64,000 bases of DNA from Auanema rhodensis. Lineage: Eukaryota > Animalia > Nematoda. Shown one piece after another: positions 45,265-60,731 of this stretch (its first letter is position 1; every line of letters starts with the position of its first letter). The position numbers and the translations under genes were made by a program. The stretch covers positions 6,448,001 to 6,512,000 of the forward strand of contig OZ059895.1 of assembly GCA_964057225.1 (NCBI GenBank). The letters are read 5' to 3'. Below the pieces are notes generated by a model that was given only the letters and a program-made list of their open reading frames with translations, had not been told where the DNA came from and ran no database searches.

Positions 45265-45399
45265 TTTTACGTAATTCCGAATAGCATAAGCACCCCGCTG
45301 TACTGTGAAGACGGTTATCGTGGAAACTGGAAAACCGGTTGATTTCTTAATGCGGTGAGGTGATGGACATTCAAGTAAAATATTGTGAAGCAATTTTAA
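45265..45399 (-). repeat. Inverted repeat copy B (~135 bp)
   Basis: Reverse complement of 40021-40161. Confidence 0.85.
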
Positions 45400-46415
45400 C
45401 TAGCTTGTATTGAATGCAATAATTGAATAAATAAAAAAATATTAAAAATGAAATCTTTATGAATCTTCCACTATATGTCTGATAAAAGAAACATACAATT
45501 GTTAACAATTAAAAAAAACTGGAGCTGACGTTGAGACTAGAACCAAACGGCAGTATGATAGCCAACTCCAGAAGCTGAGGACGCGGAGGGATGATAATGC
45601 TTGATAACAGCGTTAAATTTGTACAATGGTACATAATTAGAAAGTTTGGGTTTGAACGGGTTTTCACCCTTAAGAGGCACACGAACGTAGACAACACACA
45701 CGATCAATTGGACCGTAAGATTTTAAAATAGCGTACATATTTAAGTTATATTTATGTATACGAAGCAAAAACGTGAAGCTAACACGAAAATATTGAAAAA
45801 GACTCGTGTTATATTATATTATATGAATACTTTGAAAGAAATAGAACTCTGAAAAGGGTAGAATGTGAAAAGAAGAGACTGAGAGAAAGAGATAGAGAGG
45901 CAGAGGGAGAAGAAAAAAGAAAAAACACAATAAAACTAGAAAGACGCTAGGGCAAGGCGACTAAGAAACGGACCCGGAAAGGGGTGAGCTGGCTCATTAA
46001 ACTGTATGAGTTAGCTCACAACACTCAAAGAAGAATCTTATTAAAAATGTTTAAAGGAAATAATAGATAAACAGGAAGAAAAGAAGAAGAGAGGAGGGAG
46101 AGAGAGAAAGAGAGGGTAAGTGTGGTCAAGACAATCCTGAGTATCAAAGCTTTGAAACAATACATAGTTAAAATATAAGTTAGGAGGCTTAAAATGAAGA
46201 GAAGATAAAATAGAATGTGTTCTTGAGAGTCGATGATAAAGATGATTAATGGATTAATCACCGGGAATCATTTAGATATTTCGAATCGGTTGACCAATTT
46301 GATATTCTACGGTTATTTGTGTTAAATGTGTTCCCTTGACTCCTATGAATTCAGATGAGAATAAGATGGAAACGCTGAATTCGAGCAGTGCAATGAAGGG
46401 TAATTTGGGTAAGAG

Positions 46416-49327
46416 CTATTCGACTAGTACGACCTTCTGCTGATCGATATCCACCCGACAAACAGGACATTTCTTATTGTAACCGAGCCAACGATCAATG
46501 CAGCTGACGTGGAACTGATGTGTGCAGGCTAGATTCCTAATTTCTTCACCCGTTTCGAATTCGCACTGACACACAGTACAACGTTCTTGTTCTTCTTCGG
46601 GAACCTGCAATGATATCAATTAGAATCTGAAGTTATCCAAAAATAAACTTACATCAACGTCCTTGATAAACTGATTTTTTTCTGTATACTTTTCAATCTC
46701 CTGAGAGTTAAGGCCAACAGGTTGTGGTTCTGAGTTTGGAGGAGCAAACATGTGATGACGTTCCAAGATGGGCCTATCCATGATGAGCTCAGATGGTACA
46801 ACATTCACTAGCATTGTGTTGAGCTCAAATCCAGCCTGAAGTCGCAACAACCGATCTGCACGAGTTCGAGAGATATCGCGACTTACCGGTGTGACTCCTG
46901 CAGCCGTTCGACTGGGAAGTAGGAACAGTGAGTGTGAGCGAGGCAGTAACCGACTGAAAATTTGTTGATGCTGGAGTTGCTGTTGAAGCTGTTGCTGTTG
47001 GTGTTGCTGATGTACTTGCTGTACAGCAGCCGCAGCAGCTACAGCAGCTACAGAAGGATGCTGGTGAGGTTGAGTCGGGGCAGATTGAGCTTGATGTTGA
47101 TGTTGATGCTGATGATGGTGATGATGAGCTTGTTGTTGATGTTGTTGCACATAGAACTGTTGCATTTGGTTGGCCATCATAGAATCATAACGGAACTGTT
47201 GAACTTGTTGCTGCTGAAGTTGCTGTTGAGCCGTCAGTTGAGACATGAACGGCGTAGTTTGAGCAGCAAGGAGAAGAGAGGAACTAAAACAAGGAAATTG
47301 AGAAAAAAACATAAGCTTCAATACTCACGAAGTGGATATGTGACCATGACCACCACTAGAAAGGGGGCAATGATTACAGAAACACTGAGCGCATGCTGGA
47401 CAGCGTTGGCCTGGAGTACATCCAGGACAGGCATGAGTTGATGGCACTGTTCCTGTGACAAGTTGAGAGGTAGATGGAGTGCTTTCTTGCTGTTGAACTT
47501 CAGCTCGAATTGCCTGGAATATATAATTATTAAATTGAATCTAAATGCTAAATATATTCACCTGAATTTCACGAGATCCATCGCTCGCTACACGACGTAG
47601 TTTAGCAGGCCGTTGAGTGATAGATTCCAAAGATTGTTGTACCCGTGCTGGAATTGGTTGCCCACGCTTCATACGCATGGTCACTGAACGAGCTGGATTT
47701 GGCAAGGATGGGACATTACTTTGGCGTGTCATCTGAAAATATGAAATTATAAAAATGCATTAAGGAAGGGAAAATAAAGAATGTGTTAGGAACCCCGGAA
47801 ACAACAAAAATCAAAAAAATCGTTTTATGCAGCAGCAATCGACAGACAGTTTCAGATAGGAAAAGCAGGGTACGTGGATGACAAGCTGTGCAATTGGTGA
47901 TCAATAGCAATTTAGGTCTTAAAGGTCAGCAATCACTCATAGAATAACATACTATCAGTTCTTCAAAATGTCCTCACAACAGCAATGAACATAGTCAGAA
48001 AAGAAAACATCAAACAATGGAGTATAATAGACATTATCATCGTTAGAATAGCATACAAATTGGTCTGCTACGGGACCCCCGTACAAAACTGTGAATAGCT
48101 ATGCAAGCGTTTATTCACTCTTGTCGCTCTTGTTCCCAGTCTCATTCAAACCTGTTCGATAGCTATGACAGTGCCAGACTGTTGCAGGGCAAATAAGCTG
48201 CTATTCTTATTAAAATGAAAACTGGGGAGAATAAGCAATAGTAAACGGGTACATTTTCACAAACAAGTAGAAACAGTAAGATTTCAAAATGTTACCAACC
48301 TCTATCGCTTCCCTCCTCTGTTGGTTAGCCGCTGTCTGCTGAATTGCAGAGGTAGCATGATGAAGAGCTCGAGCTTCGGCCGATGTCTGTAATGAGAAAA
48401 TATAACTAAGATACATGAAAAAAAATAAAAAACAGCTTATTTCTAAACCGTAAGTGAACAAGAACGAACCTGAGTGTTTGTCACAACCTGTTGCGTAGCT
48501 TGTTGATTAGCATTAGGAGCTGAATAGCTAGAAGATGCTTGTCCATATGCAATCGGTGTTTGATGAACAGAGCAAGGATTGTTAGTTGTAGAATACATCA
48601 TACACGTCTGACAGAAAAAAGGCTGAAATTGTCAAAGTTATCGATCGTTAGCGGTTTCATCGTGTAATCAGCTGAATCATCTTCATCTTCTCTCAGTCAG
48701 CATTCAGATTATGATCGACCATATGGGCCTGGTTAACAAACTGATTGAGCAGAAGAGGATGACAATTATCCAATCTGATAGTATCTCCGTCTTATGTCGG
48801 CTCTTTAGTTGTCTTTTGCCTCATACGACAATTTTCTGCATCAATAATCCACGGAAAATCAGTAAATTTTCTATCGTTAAGATTATTGAGCATTTTAATA
48901 TTTTGTAAAAATATGGCGAAAGTTATTGTAATTTTGTACAACGTAACGAACCAAGTAGAAAGCTGGTTTCCAGAAATCGATTGAAAACGATCAATATTGA
49001 ATAAAAGAAAACAAATAAAATTTCGAAATACTTAGTGTATCAGCAAAAGAAAATGTCAAAATCAAATTTGAAAATGAAGTACTGAGCCCGAAGACATTAT
49101 TAAAACTAAATGTAAAAGCTTACCGGAGTAATGACACATTGTGAAACTGCTGAAGGATTGGGAATGACGAGAGGCGCCGTTGAATGATACATCATAATAT
49201 CGACCGGGAGGTAAGGAGGCGCAGTTGGGTAGCCAGCTGGTACCTGGGCCGGCCGAGCCCCGGAAATCTGTTGTGGGAGCGTCGGTCGGATACTGATAGA
49301 GGCGTGAGGTGAGGTCTGTGAATCCAT
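46416..49327 (-). CDS. RING-H2 E3 ligase, Arkadia (RNF111/RNF165)-like, with Q/H/A-rich tracts; 5' end uncertain
   Basis: Last exon CTVCQCEF...CTHQFHVSCIDRWLGYNKKCPVCRVDI; upstream exons with polyQ/His/Ala; start provisionally MDSQ at 49327. Confidence 0.82.
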
Positions 49328-52300
49328 TTGTGACGTCTCAGAGACTGTATCGGTGATGGAAAGCGAACAATCTGACGAGCTGCGTTTGGTTCAGCGATGA
49401 TAGACCTCGACAGCGTCGTCGCTCGGCTAAAGAGCGCGTCACCTATAACACATGGAGCATGAGAATGAAGATAAACACAGTTACGATTCGAAATAATGAC
49501 GATATTAAACGACAAAAAAAAGAAAAATTGGAACGAGAATTCAATATCTAAATGGTTGCAAAAAGAAATCGTAGTTGCATCGTTTGTGAAAATAGCTGAC
49601 TAGAAGACGGACACACGCCATCACGGTGGCCATGAAGAAAGCGGAACGAGCACATCGATAGATGGTATTTCAAATGTCATATATGAGCGTAGAGACCATG
49701 AAATGTGAAAGCAATGAAACAGGCAGAGGTTTACGATGACTTTGCTGACGCCGTGGAACCAGCAACTAAAAGCAAGATAGAAGCCGAAATAACGAAGACA
49801 TGGATAATATAATACGAATGACGCACAGACGGGTCCGTCTGTACAATTATTAAATGAAAAAAATCAATAATTTGCTCAAAAACAGGCTGAATCTGCTGTT
49901 GCCGGTGAAGAGAACATAATGCCCCGTCTCCCAGTCAACTTCAGTCACTACATCAGGCTTCTTAAGCTGGAGATGCAAGTACAAAAAGAAAATTTCATAA
50001 AAAGAAAATTACAAGAGAAATAGAATTCGATTAAAAAACTACAAGACTAGATTTCTTGTCTTCAACAGCACTGTTGATGAAAATAAGAATAAGAAGAACT
50101 ATAAGAACTGATTAGCTAGTTGCAAGTGGCGATATAAAGCAAGAACGCGTGAGTGTCCTTCATCCACTAAATCCGGAATAACGAATAACGAGGCTCAATT
50201 AGATCTCAGGCTCTAGGAAGAGGTCGCAATGAAGAATCTCGGATGAACAGAAGGGCCGCAGAACATAGTCAAATGAGTTATAATGAATCTGAAATGCCGA
50301 CATATGCGGTACGGGAAGAAGAGCGAGCGTGCGGTAATTAGGACCCTCATGGGGCGAACAGAAGCAGAGGGTCAACAGCAGTGGTTCAGGGGCTCTGCCA
50401 GTTCGAAGATGGGCTATAGATAACACCAGATAAGGAATATATGGCCCTTCTTAAAAGGAGAAGAGAAAGAAGAGAAAGAAGAGAGAACGAAAGACAGATA
50501 GTCGGAATGAAGATATAGATATGTATAGTAGTATAAAAGATTAACTAAAGGATTAGATAAGTAAGAAAATCATTTACGAGCACAAAATAAAAATACAAAG
50601 AATATAGTAAAATTAAAACGATAATAAAAATTTTAAATTGAAGCAAATATAATAATAGTAGTAATAGCAAGTTGAATAACGAGTACTAGTTTAAATTAGC
50701 GTAGTGTAAGTAGTGAGAGCTAGTAGTAGTCGAAGTACAAGAACGAATATGATTATTGAAGAGACAGTTGTCTGTCTGTCTATCTGTCTGTCTGGGAGTG
50801 GTAAGAAGAGGGAGCGGAACGGAGTGAACGCTACGACGAGACAATCAATTGAGGGAAGGGACTGGGCAAACACAAGCCACGATGACTACGACGGCGAATA
50901 TGAAGAGAAAAAGGAGAAGGACCAGTAGCTGCAGCAACATAAGAACAGAAGAGAACGAATAGATGGGGAAAGGCTGTGCAAATCGATAATACATCAGATG
51001 CAATAGACGGCGTGCATAGAGGAAGACATGGAAAGAACGAATCGAAGATAAGGACATGAGAACGACGATGAGGGCGAAGGCAAACTGAGGAAGAACAGAG
51101 AAGAACGCAAAAGGACATTCAAAGGGCGTGGCTACACTTACAACGTGGCTGCATAGCAGCATTCCAATATAGCCACGAACAAACCCAACTAAGCTCACAG
51201 CTGATTCAACCAGAAAGTAGTTTAATACAGATGAAGTTACTTTGTCGGTAAAAGGTAAGATCTTTCGAACATTTTTTTTAATTCACCGACAAATTATTAC
51301 ACAAGTTAAGAAGACCTTCTTTGCTAAATCAACGAGAGATAGAGAAAAAGAGAGAGAGAAAGGGAGAGAGAGAACACTCTTAACTCAGCTGGTCACCAGA
51401 CCCTGAACCTGTCGTTATCGAGTTCTGCTATTCTTCTTTTGTATCTTGCATTAAACCCGAAAGGCTAGAGCAGATATTTCAAAGATGTACATAAAAAAAA
51501 TATATTTATATAAAATAATAATCCAGAAAAAAGAAAACCTTTGCAAAATAAGTCTGCTTATTTAGAATCAGAACAGAAGAAAACAAGGCAATGATAAAAA
51601 TGACGCCAAGAATGTGCATGGTCCACAATTCTCTATAGATGCCAGTATTGATAATCAATACATTATATGCATGGGCTGTCATAAGGTATGCTTCGAAATA
51701 TTTATACTTTTTAGTTTTTAACAGGTAAAAGCCGTCAATTTCCCTCTGAAAGAGAACATATGTCTATAGCTATTCTGTCAAACAATCGATAGTATCCAGA
51801 CCGATAAAAGATTAAAAAGAAAATATTTTGAGCTAGTACAGCTGAAAAGCAAGCTTTATAAGGGTCTAGCTGATCTCGAACACACAATAACTAGTAGTAC
51901 AATAGCTCTCATCCGACTAGGCCGATCAGCCAACTAAACTAGAAGCAATCATCTCATCTGAATATTTATCCTGTCCCGCACCCATAACACTGTTGGATTA
52001 TGTTGAGCTGTTGGGCCATGTATAGTGTATGTCATTCCTCTACAACTATACATCGTATCTTTTAAGGAAAATGAATGGTTGAGTACTACAGCCTGTTTTC
52101 ATTCTTCTGTTGATAGTGATTACCTGCTGTTACCTGGACCTACGAATACTTGAAGGGACGTAAACGAGCTCATATACTTTAAAACATAAGCGAGGATAGA
52201 AGAGAAGTGAATGCAACCATTCTGTTTCTGCAGAACAAATAAATGAATTCGTTCACGTTAAGGGGTTTCATAGAAAAAAAATATGTGTGAAAATATAACA

Positions 52301-52351
52301 AAAAAGGGTAGATATCACAAGCGTACCTGTGAACATATCTGCGGGAGAGAA

Positions 52352-52520
52352 TATGTATGTGTGTATGTATGTGTGTATGTGTGTATGTATGTATGTATGT
52401 ATGTATGTATGTGTGTGTATGTATATGCAGCAGACGAGAATAGAGGCTAGACTGAATAACGATGAAAAAACGACATAACAACACAACAACAGCCACACAC
52501 ACACACACACACACACACAC
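52352..52520. repeat. Compound (TATG/TG)n and (CA)n microsatellites
   Basis: Direct inspection. Confidence 0.85.
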
Positions 52521-55500
52521 CCTCACATACACGCCAACATACCAGCAAGCAACCAAGCAATAAGCAATCAACCTGCGTTGAGCCGGTCCCCTTTCTCTCT
52601 TCTCTCCATTACAAGCAGACACATTGCTGTCATGGTAGCTATTACTGCTGTTTGTGAGGAAGAAATACGGAGAGGAATGAAGAGGTTGCTGTTGGAGAAG
52701 CAGGTTGACTACGCCGACAACAGACGCCAGATGACGTTGTCAATGTCGCCAACTTACAGCCAATGAAAGATCAATCGATAACAAACGTCAGTGGAGTTGG
52801 AATTATAGGAAAAGTAAGTAACAAAGAATTAGGGAGGAGCAATCTAGTGCTATTGGTAGTAGATAAAATCGATATAAAAATGAGGATAAGCGTCCTCAGA
52901 TGTGATGAACGATAGCGATAAGACATGGTTGATGAGAATTGGGCAGAGAGATAAAATACTACCAAAATATTAATAACAGTAACAGATTACCCGATATATA
53001 TCATAAAGAGGATAATAAAGATTTTCATAGAGTATACACAATTTAAGTGAATATTATTAAGAGCTGATGACTAACAATGCGTTATATTGCTGATATTGGT
53101 AAACCTAAGGCACATTTGCCTACATTGCCATTGTACCGCATAAACTCCCAACAGTATTACTTCCCATTTCACGTTAGTTACTATTTTATTTTAGCGTTAT
53201 TCGGTCTGAAACCACCAGAAGGACTAGCCGGCTAGTTCGGTGTCTAGCTGAGTGTCTGATGTCGATGTCGATGTTGATGATGATGACGGCGACAACGAGT
53301 ATGATGATGCTGTTGATGGGGAGGGGTCTATAGTGGCTGAGGCAGAAAGACGAACACGCACATGAGAAAAAGAATAAAAGATGGAATAAGAATGAGAGCG
53401 AAAGAGGAGTCAGACACGCATACATAGACAGTAGTTAGATTACAGGAACAATGCCTTCATTCAGCAGTCCGCACAGTTGGCCTCGGGGCCCGCCCTCCGT
53501 CCTCGGCTGCCTAGATGGACAAATGTAAGGAAGGAGAAGAAAAAGAAGAGAAGAATGGAGACCGAGAAGGAGACAGAGAGAGGCGATAGAGCTAGAAACA
53601 GGGCGAGTATGAAAAGAGACTAGGACGGCACACAGAACAAAAAGAAAGGAAGAAAAAGAACAATAGCAGAGCGGTATCCCGGAAGGTGATGCTGTTTTGT
53701 TCAGTACTCGTCGTTCCTTCTTCTGTCAACCTCACTGTGCTCCTCAATTTCTCTTTGATCATACATCCAAAGCATATAGATCGTGGTACACAGCTAAGTA
53801 AAAGGAACGAAAAGAATTCCAATAAGGTTAAAACGAAATGAAATAGTTAATTACAGTAACATAACGACAGAAGAATAGCTGTTTTCTTTTCATAGTGATC
53901 AGAGGCATTCGCAGATGTTGCTGCTGCCAGCGGGATGGAAGGCAGCCTGGTTACATCTAGAAGGTCGTTGGCCCTAACCGAAGAAAGCAGAAACGTCGAG
54001 ACAAATCACTAGGACGTCAGAAAAGTCACCTGGCATTATAAAACTACGCCAACATAGGGTGTTGCAGTTGAAGTTCAAGAATCACAAATATAAGTAGATT
54101 TGAAGTTTTTTGATAGCTGATTTCTATTCGGCTCGCAAAATATGAAAACGATACAATACTATACAACCTGTCCCGTATGCATAGCAGCCTGAATCACTGA
54201 ATTTGGCCTCTGGTCTAGCACTACAACCCTAGCCCAATCAACTGATCGCGCTTATCGATATCTAATCAGTTTGTGCTAAAGAAGAGAAGAGATGACGTTT
54301 ACGATCAAGAGAAAGGGCAAGTTCTGATGTTAGCGTACGCGATGAACCGAGCTCAGTGGGGACCGGCTGGCTGTGGCTAGCTTGAATACTACGACAATAC
54401 GCAGATAATGATATCCAATGATAATTAGAACAGGGTATGGTAAATAAGCTAAATAAGCAGATGATTCGCACACCTTTGTATTTCGTTAAATTGCAATATG
54501 ATAAAGAAAATAAGAAATATGGTGCTGTCAAATGCAAACAGGAATTTTTTCTACAGTTACTAGAACCCTTATTAGGCTTGGAATATCAGAAGAAATACAC
54601 AGCTATAGTTACTTCTGTATGCTTCTTGTTTAATGAATCTTCGAAAGCTCTTACAAGTTACTCGACGTCATAAAGAAATGCTTCACATAAACTCGCCTCG
54701 TGAACAGGACATGACTAATATGCAACCAATGATAGATGAAGACTATACGACTAAGCCTGAAGAGGAAAAGAGAAAACAGTCAAAAGAAAAACTAGCGTGA
54801 GGTGTGCTTTCAAATAAAAAACAGCGTGGAAGCTAACAAAAAAGTCAGTTTCCACGCTTATTTAGAGCAGATCGCATACGTAACAGAGCCTAATATGATT
54901 GCGAGCTTGCATCAAGGGTAAATAAAAATATATATAACAAAGTAAAAATTGGTAAATCAGCAAGAATAATCACAAACAATGTAAAAAATACACTGCACAT
55001 ATCATCTTAATGATGAAGTTAAACTCCTAGAAACATCAGCAGCGGTCTCAAACGAGACACATGAGAAAGAAACACACCAAGGGATCTCGCGCACTGCTGC
55101 ATACCGGTCTAGCGGACTGTTGCACTTGCACTTTCAAATCGAACTTTCCCAGTATGCATAGACCAGACAATAATAATTGAAAAATGAAGAGACGAAAAGA
55201 AAGAAAGAAAGAAAGAAAGAAGGGTTGAGTTGATAGGCGGATGAAGACCGACTAAAAGACCAGTTCGCTCACTAGCCCCTGAGGCAAATATAGAGCAGTT
55301 ATTTCGAACCAGGACACATGCACTTGAATACAACAAAAGATCGAAGTAAGTTATACAATGAGAGCAATGAAACATATTAAGATTGATCAAGCCACTAATC
55401 AGAATGCTATACAATACAAAAACGCAGCTTATCTGAGAGAATTAAGAGCATATAACTATAGACAGGGTAAATCATTAGAGAAGACAGAGCTAGGGAGACA

Positions 55501-57930
55501 GAATCGTCATGGTAAGCAATAAAACGGCCGTAAGCAATTGAGGGTCCCTGTTAGACTAAATTCAAAAAAAGCCCACATGGTAAAGGAAAAGAAACTAGAG
55601 AAATGAAGTGCTTCAACTACTGCTATCTATTGCCGAGAATTGAAAGCAGGATGAGAAAAGACTGAACAGCTGAAGGTCTGATGAGAAGAGGATAGTAGTA
55701 GTGTAGTGGCAGGAGGCGCACAGGCGTCTTTAATACTGCACAACACTGAGCCCAGGCACACCAACCCCCTGCTATTCATTATCCACCTAGTTTCTGTCTC
55801 GTTGTTCCTACTTCGGGTCGACCATACATTGAAAGTATCTGCTCACCAGATTTGCGGTGATCAAATAATACTCAGTTCTCGGTCGCTTAAATCTTATCCA
55901 TTCCTTCACTTAGGCCAAACTCTTATGAAGAGCCTACCCTTATTCGTCAAGGTTTATAGGCATTATGTACCTTTAAGCTTAAGGAAATAGGATACGTCTG
56001 GATAAATATGGTCCAAGGACCAGGCAGGTCCTCCGTTGACCTCACAGGCCTTGACATCAGTAAACGACGCCGCTGTAACACCCCAATCCCCTACCCTTGA
56101 TGCAGTCCACTGATAGAGGCCGTCCTTAGTTTCTACCCGGTCCAGTCCCTACAGGGAAAGTTGATAACAACGATACTACAGATAAGGATGAATACAAATA
56201 ATCCAGGTCGCCCATCTAGTTCAATCAAGTTCTGTATAGATGTATGGTTGCTTGGTTAGTTAGTTAATGTGATGCTAGCGATGACTCTGATGTAGACCAT
56301 GTTAGTATTATATATGATGACGAAGGTATTGGACGGTGTAGACTAGGCTCGCATTCTACAGTAATATAAAACAAGCATGTTGAGCAAATAAACGGAACCA
56401 AGGACCCAATTGATCCATAGCGAGACCGATAGAAAGAGCATAGAATGGATATGGGGCGTTCACAGCAAAAATACACAAGACTCACACTTATACACATGGT
56501 GGAAAAAGCACCAATCAATCAACCAACCAATCAATCATTGCTTTCAAGAATAATTAAAAAACATGAGAAATAAATTTCCTTAGTGATATCCCAGGAATTA
56601 AACTCAACATGAGCAAGTTCTACAGTCCTGACTAATAGAACTCGATGTTCTATTAGATTCGAAAGTGGAAGAGACAAGGGATAAAACACAGAATACGAGA
56701 TGTGAACTGGTCTATAGAAACTGGCTGTAGGCAGGGTGAGCTAGGACCATACAGAGCAGGTCCATAAATACACGTATAGGAAATCTGAACTTGAGCCACC
56801 GCGGAAAGAATTGTCAAGATTACAACATATATAAGCGCGATGGTGAAAAGTTTCGTAAATTAATACCATATCAGACTGTAAAATGTATATGATACACTTC
56901 AAACAACTCCCAACGGCATTAAACTAAAGGTTGACCATGACTGAATATCATTTCTATTATACGATTATTTCTCAATCAGTAGATATAAAAAAGTAAAGCC
57001 TAAAACTGATAGAAGGGAAAAATAGTGAGAAACAGCTATGCAATTTACAAAGCAGTTCTTCGCCGCAACGCTTCGGCTACAGCCGCGCAACCGCTTCTTA
57101 GTAAATGAAATGTGTAAAATAATTTTGTCAATGAGAATTTTGGAAATTTCTCATACACTAACAAATTTTAGATTGAATATATCAGCAGTATAGAAAAGCT
57201 AGAAAATTAGAATAAAACAGTGAAAGCAAAAAGGAAAAAGGTGAAAAGGAGAAACAGCAATTCGCCTGGGCGACTGCTACACACCCCACATACACTACAA
57301 TGCGACGCGATCGATGCGTCTGTGTCTCTGCCCGCAGCCACATGTACTTAAGACACTCCTTCTCTGCTTCTGACCCTAACAGCTGATCGTATTCACGTAG
57401 CGCGTGGTCCTTAGTCGTATTGAGATAAATCAGAAGACCTACGCATAAATAGTGCGCAGATCCGAAATAAATCAAGAATAACTTGTTTAGGCCACGTTCA
57501 ACTCACAATAGTTTCCTAAAGCTTATGCTAGTCATTTTTTTAGTATCGAAAAGCTATATTTCGAAAAAAACTATCGATTTATTGATAAACTGGAGAACAA
57601 ACGAGTAAATATAAGAAACAACGACAAGAAAAGCAGAAAATGAAAAACTAATACGAGTCTAATGACAACTATAGAAAATCTGAATAAATACGATGGGCAC
57701 AGGAATTATTGAGCTACAGATCTATTGACAACAAATGCGTGACAACAAAGTGAACGTTAATATGTGCCTAGTATCTAGAAGTTTTTGTTAATTGAACACT
57801 TAGAAACGAAGAAAAATAATGAGAACAATGAAATAGCAAAATCTTAGAAACTATGCGCGTTAAAACGCGTAACGAAGTGTCACATAAGGGTTTCCTAGCT
57901 AAGGTGGCCTAGGTTACAGGACCCTTTACG

Positions 57931-59262
<1,332 letters not shown>

Positions 59263-59325
59263 TCTCAAAAAATAATTTTTAAAGTCATAGTATTATAATG
59301 GTAATCTACTTCTTTTAAATCTAGT

Positions 59326-60041
59326 TTATTGTAAGAACTTGACTCCTTCGGAATCAGAACCTAAATTAATCAGCTGAGCTCTGCGTTGAACTTCAAGAAC
59401 TCGAAGAGCTTTAATCAGTACGTCTTTTTCTAAGCCGTAAAAAGCTGAAAATAATAGATAAGATTGTCATTTCACAGGAAGAACCCACATTCGTTCACTG
59501 TATCGTCACCGTGAGCAATCTCGTAAAGCGTACAGGGAGTATTCAAAAAACCGTTACTAACAGCCCAGTCGTAAATGAGACTAGCCCACTCGTCAGGTCT
59601 TTTCCAATAAATATGGCAACGAGTCTTGCCAGGATCAAGCCACTCAACGTGCTCTGAGATTAAGAATAGTTATTCTAGACATAATCCGGTCACAAGGGTC
59701 TTACTTTTATGCTCGAGATAGTCGAAAACTGCTCGAACTCCTTCCCTATTTAGGCGTCCTGATAGAGAAAAATTAAACACTACATAAGTGAAGAAAAGCG
59801 TACTATTTAACTTCTGGTTGCAGAAAAGCTCAGTGTTTGAAGCGTCCACAACGTCCAAAGTATGGATTTTATTATGTTGAGCGTAATCAGTGACGAGCTG
59901 AGACCAAGCTTCAAGCTGTTTTTCGCGAGTAACTAAGGTTTGCTGGAGTCTAAAAATAAAATTACATAATATAGGAAAAAATTTCAATTCTTACGTAAAG
60001 AACGGTGGAAAATCATATTGCCATGGCCACTTAAAAGTCAT
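59326..60041 (-). CDS. vps-25: ESCRT-II subunit VPS25
   Basis: MTFKWPWQYDFPPFFTLQ, YWKRPDEWA, TLYEI, EGVKF. Confidence 0.95.
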
Positions 60042-60731
60042 CCTATCCCGTGCTTTCCATCACCTGCAACTTCAAATTACATCAGGACACGGTGGGTGAG
60101 AGCAGCTGGCAATCGATAAGAACTAACTCTTAACAACAAAAATTCGCAATAATCAAGCTGGCTCAAACCAACGTTAGAATAAGTATTACGCAACATAAAA
60201 AAAAGATATGTTATCTACATACAAACCGTATACAAAGAAAGAAAAGGGTAAAAATACATCAAAGCTCAAACGACAATAAAATGAGACCTGATAAAATGAT
60301 GGTAGACAGAACAGTATAAGAAGATCGATGAAAAAAAAATGAGATTCTGATGAAACTTGAGCTACCAACCAGTCAAAAGTATTTCTAATACCTAAGAAGG
60401 AGCGTACAAATTAATAATAGTTATTCTACAATATAAAATTTAACACAAACTTAGTTTGAGTTTTTTTCCTAATAGAAAAAGACTAGGATAATTATTTGTG
60501 ACAGTACAACCTCGTGAATATTAACTGAGTGAAATAAGGAGCAAGTAAAAATAGAAATCTTTGTCACGAGGTAGATAAAACTTATTATAAGGTAGCAATT
60601 AGCATAGAAAGTTTGACACGTTCGAAAAGAAAGATAGAGCTACGACACAAAGGGAAATTCGATTTAGCATGCGCGAATCCCAACAGGCAAGAATCCATAT
60701 TATGCGCATAATCAATATACATTGTCTCTCC

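Noticed and set aside
40021-45399. piggyBac or MULE transposon
   Set aside because: TTAA is at both outer ends, but there are no CCC/GGG termini, no 8-10 bp TSD and no transposase remnant.
46962-47441. 159-aa Leu/Met-rich ORF on +
   Set aside because: Antisense reading of the polyQ/His exon of the RING gene.
49500-57500. Additional genes upstream of the RING gene
   Set aside because: Only short ORFs without motifs; more likely 5' introns or regulatory DNA, though small upstream exons cannot be excluded.
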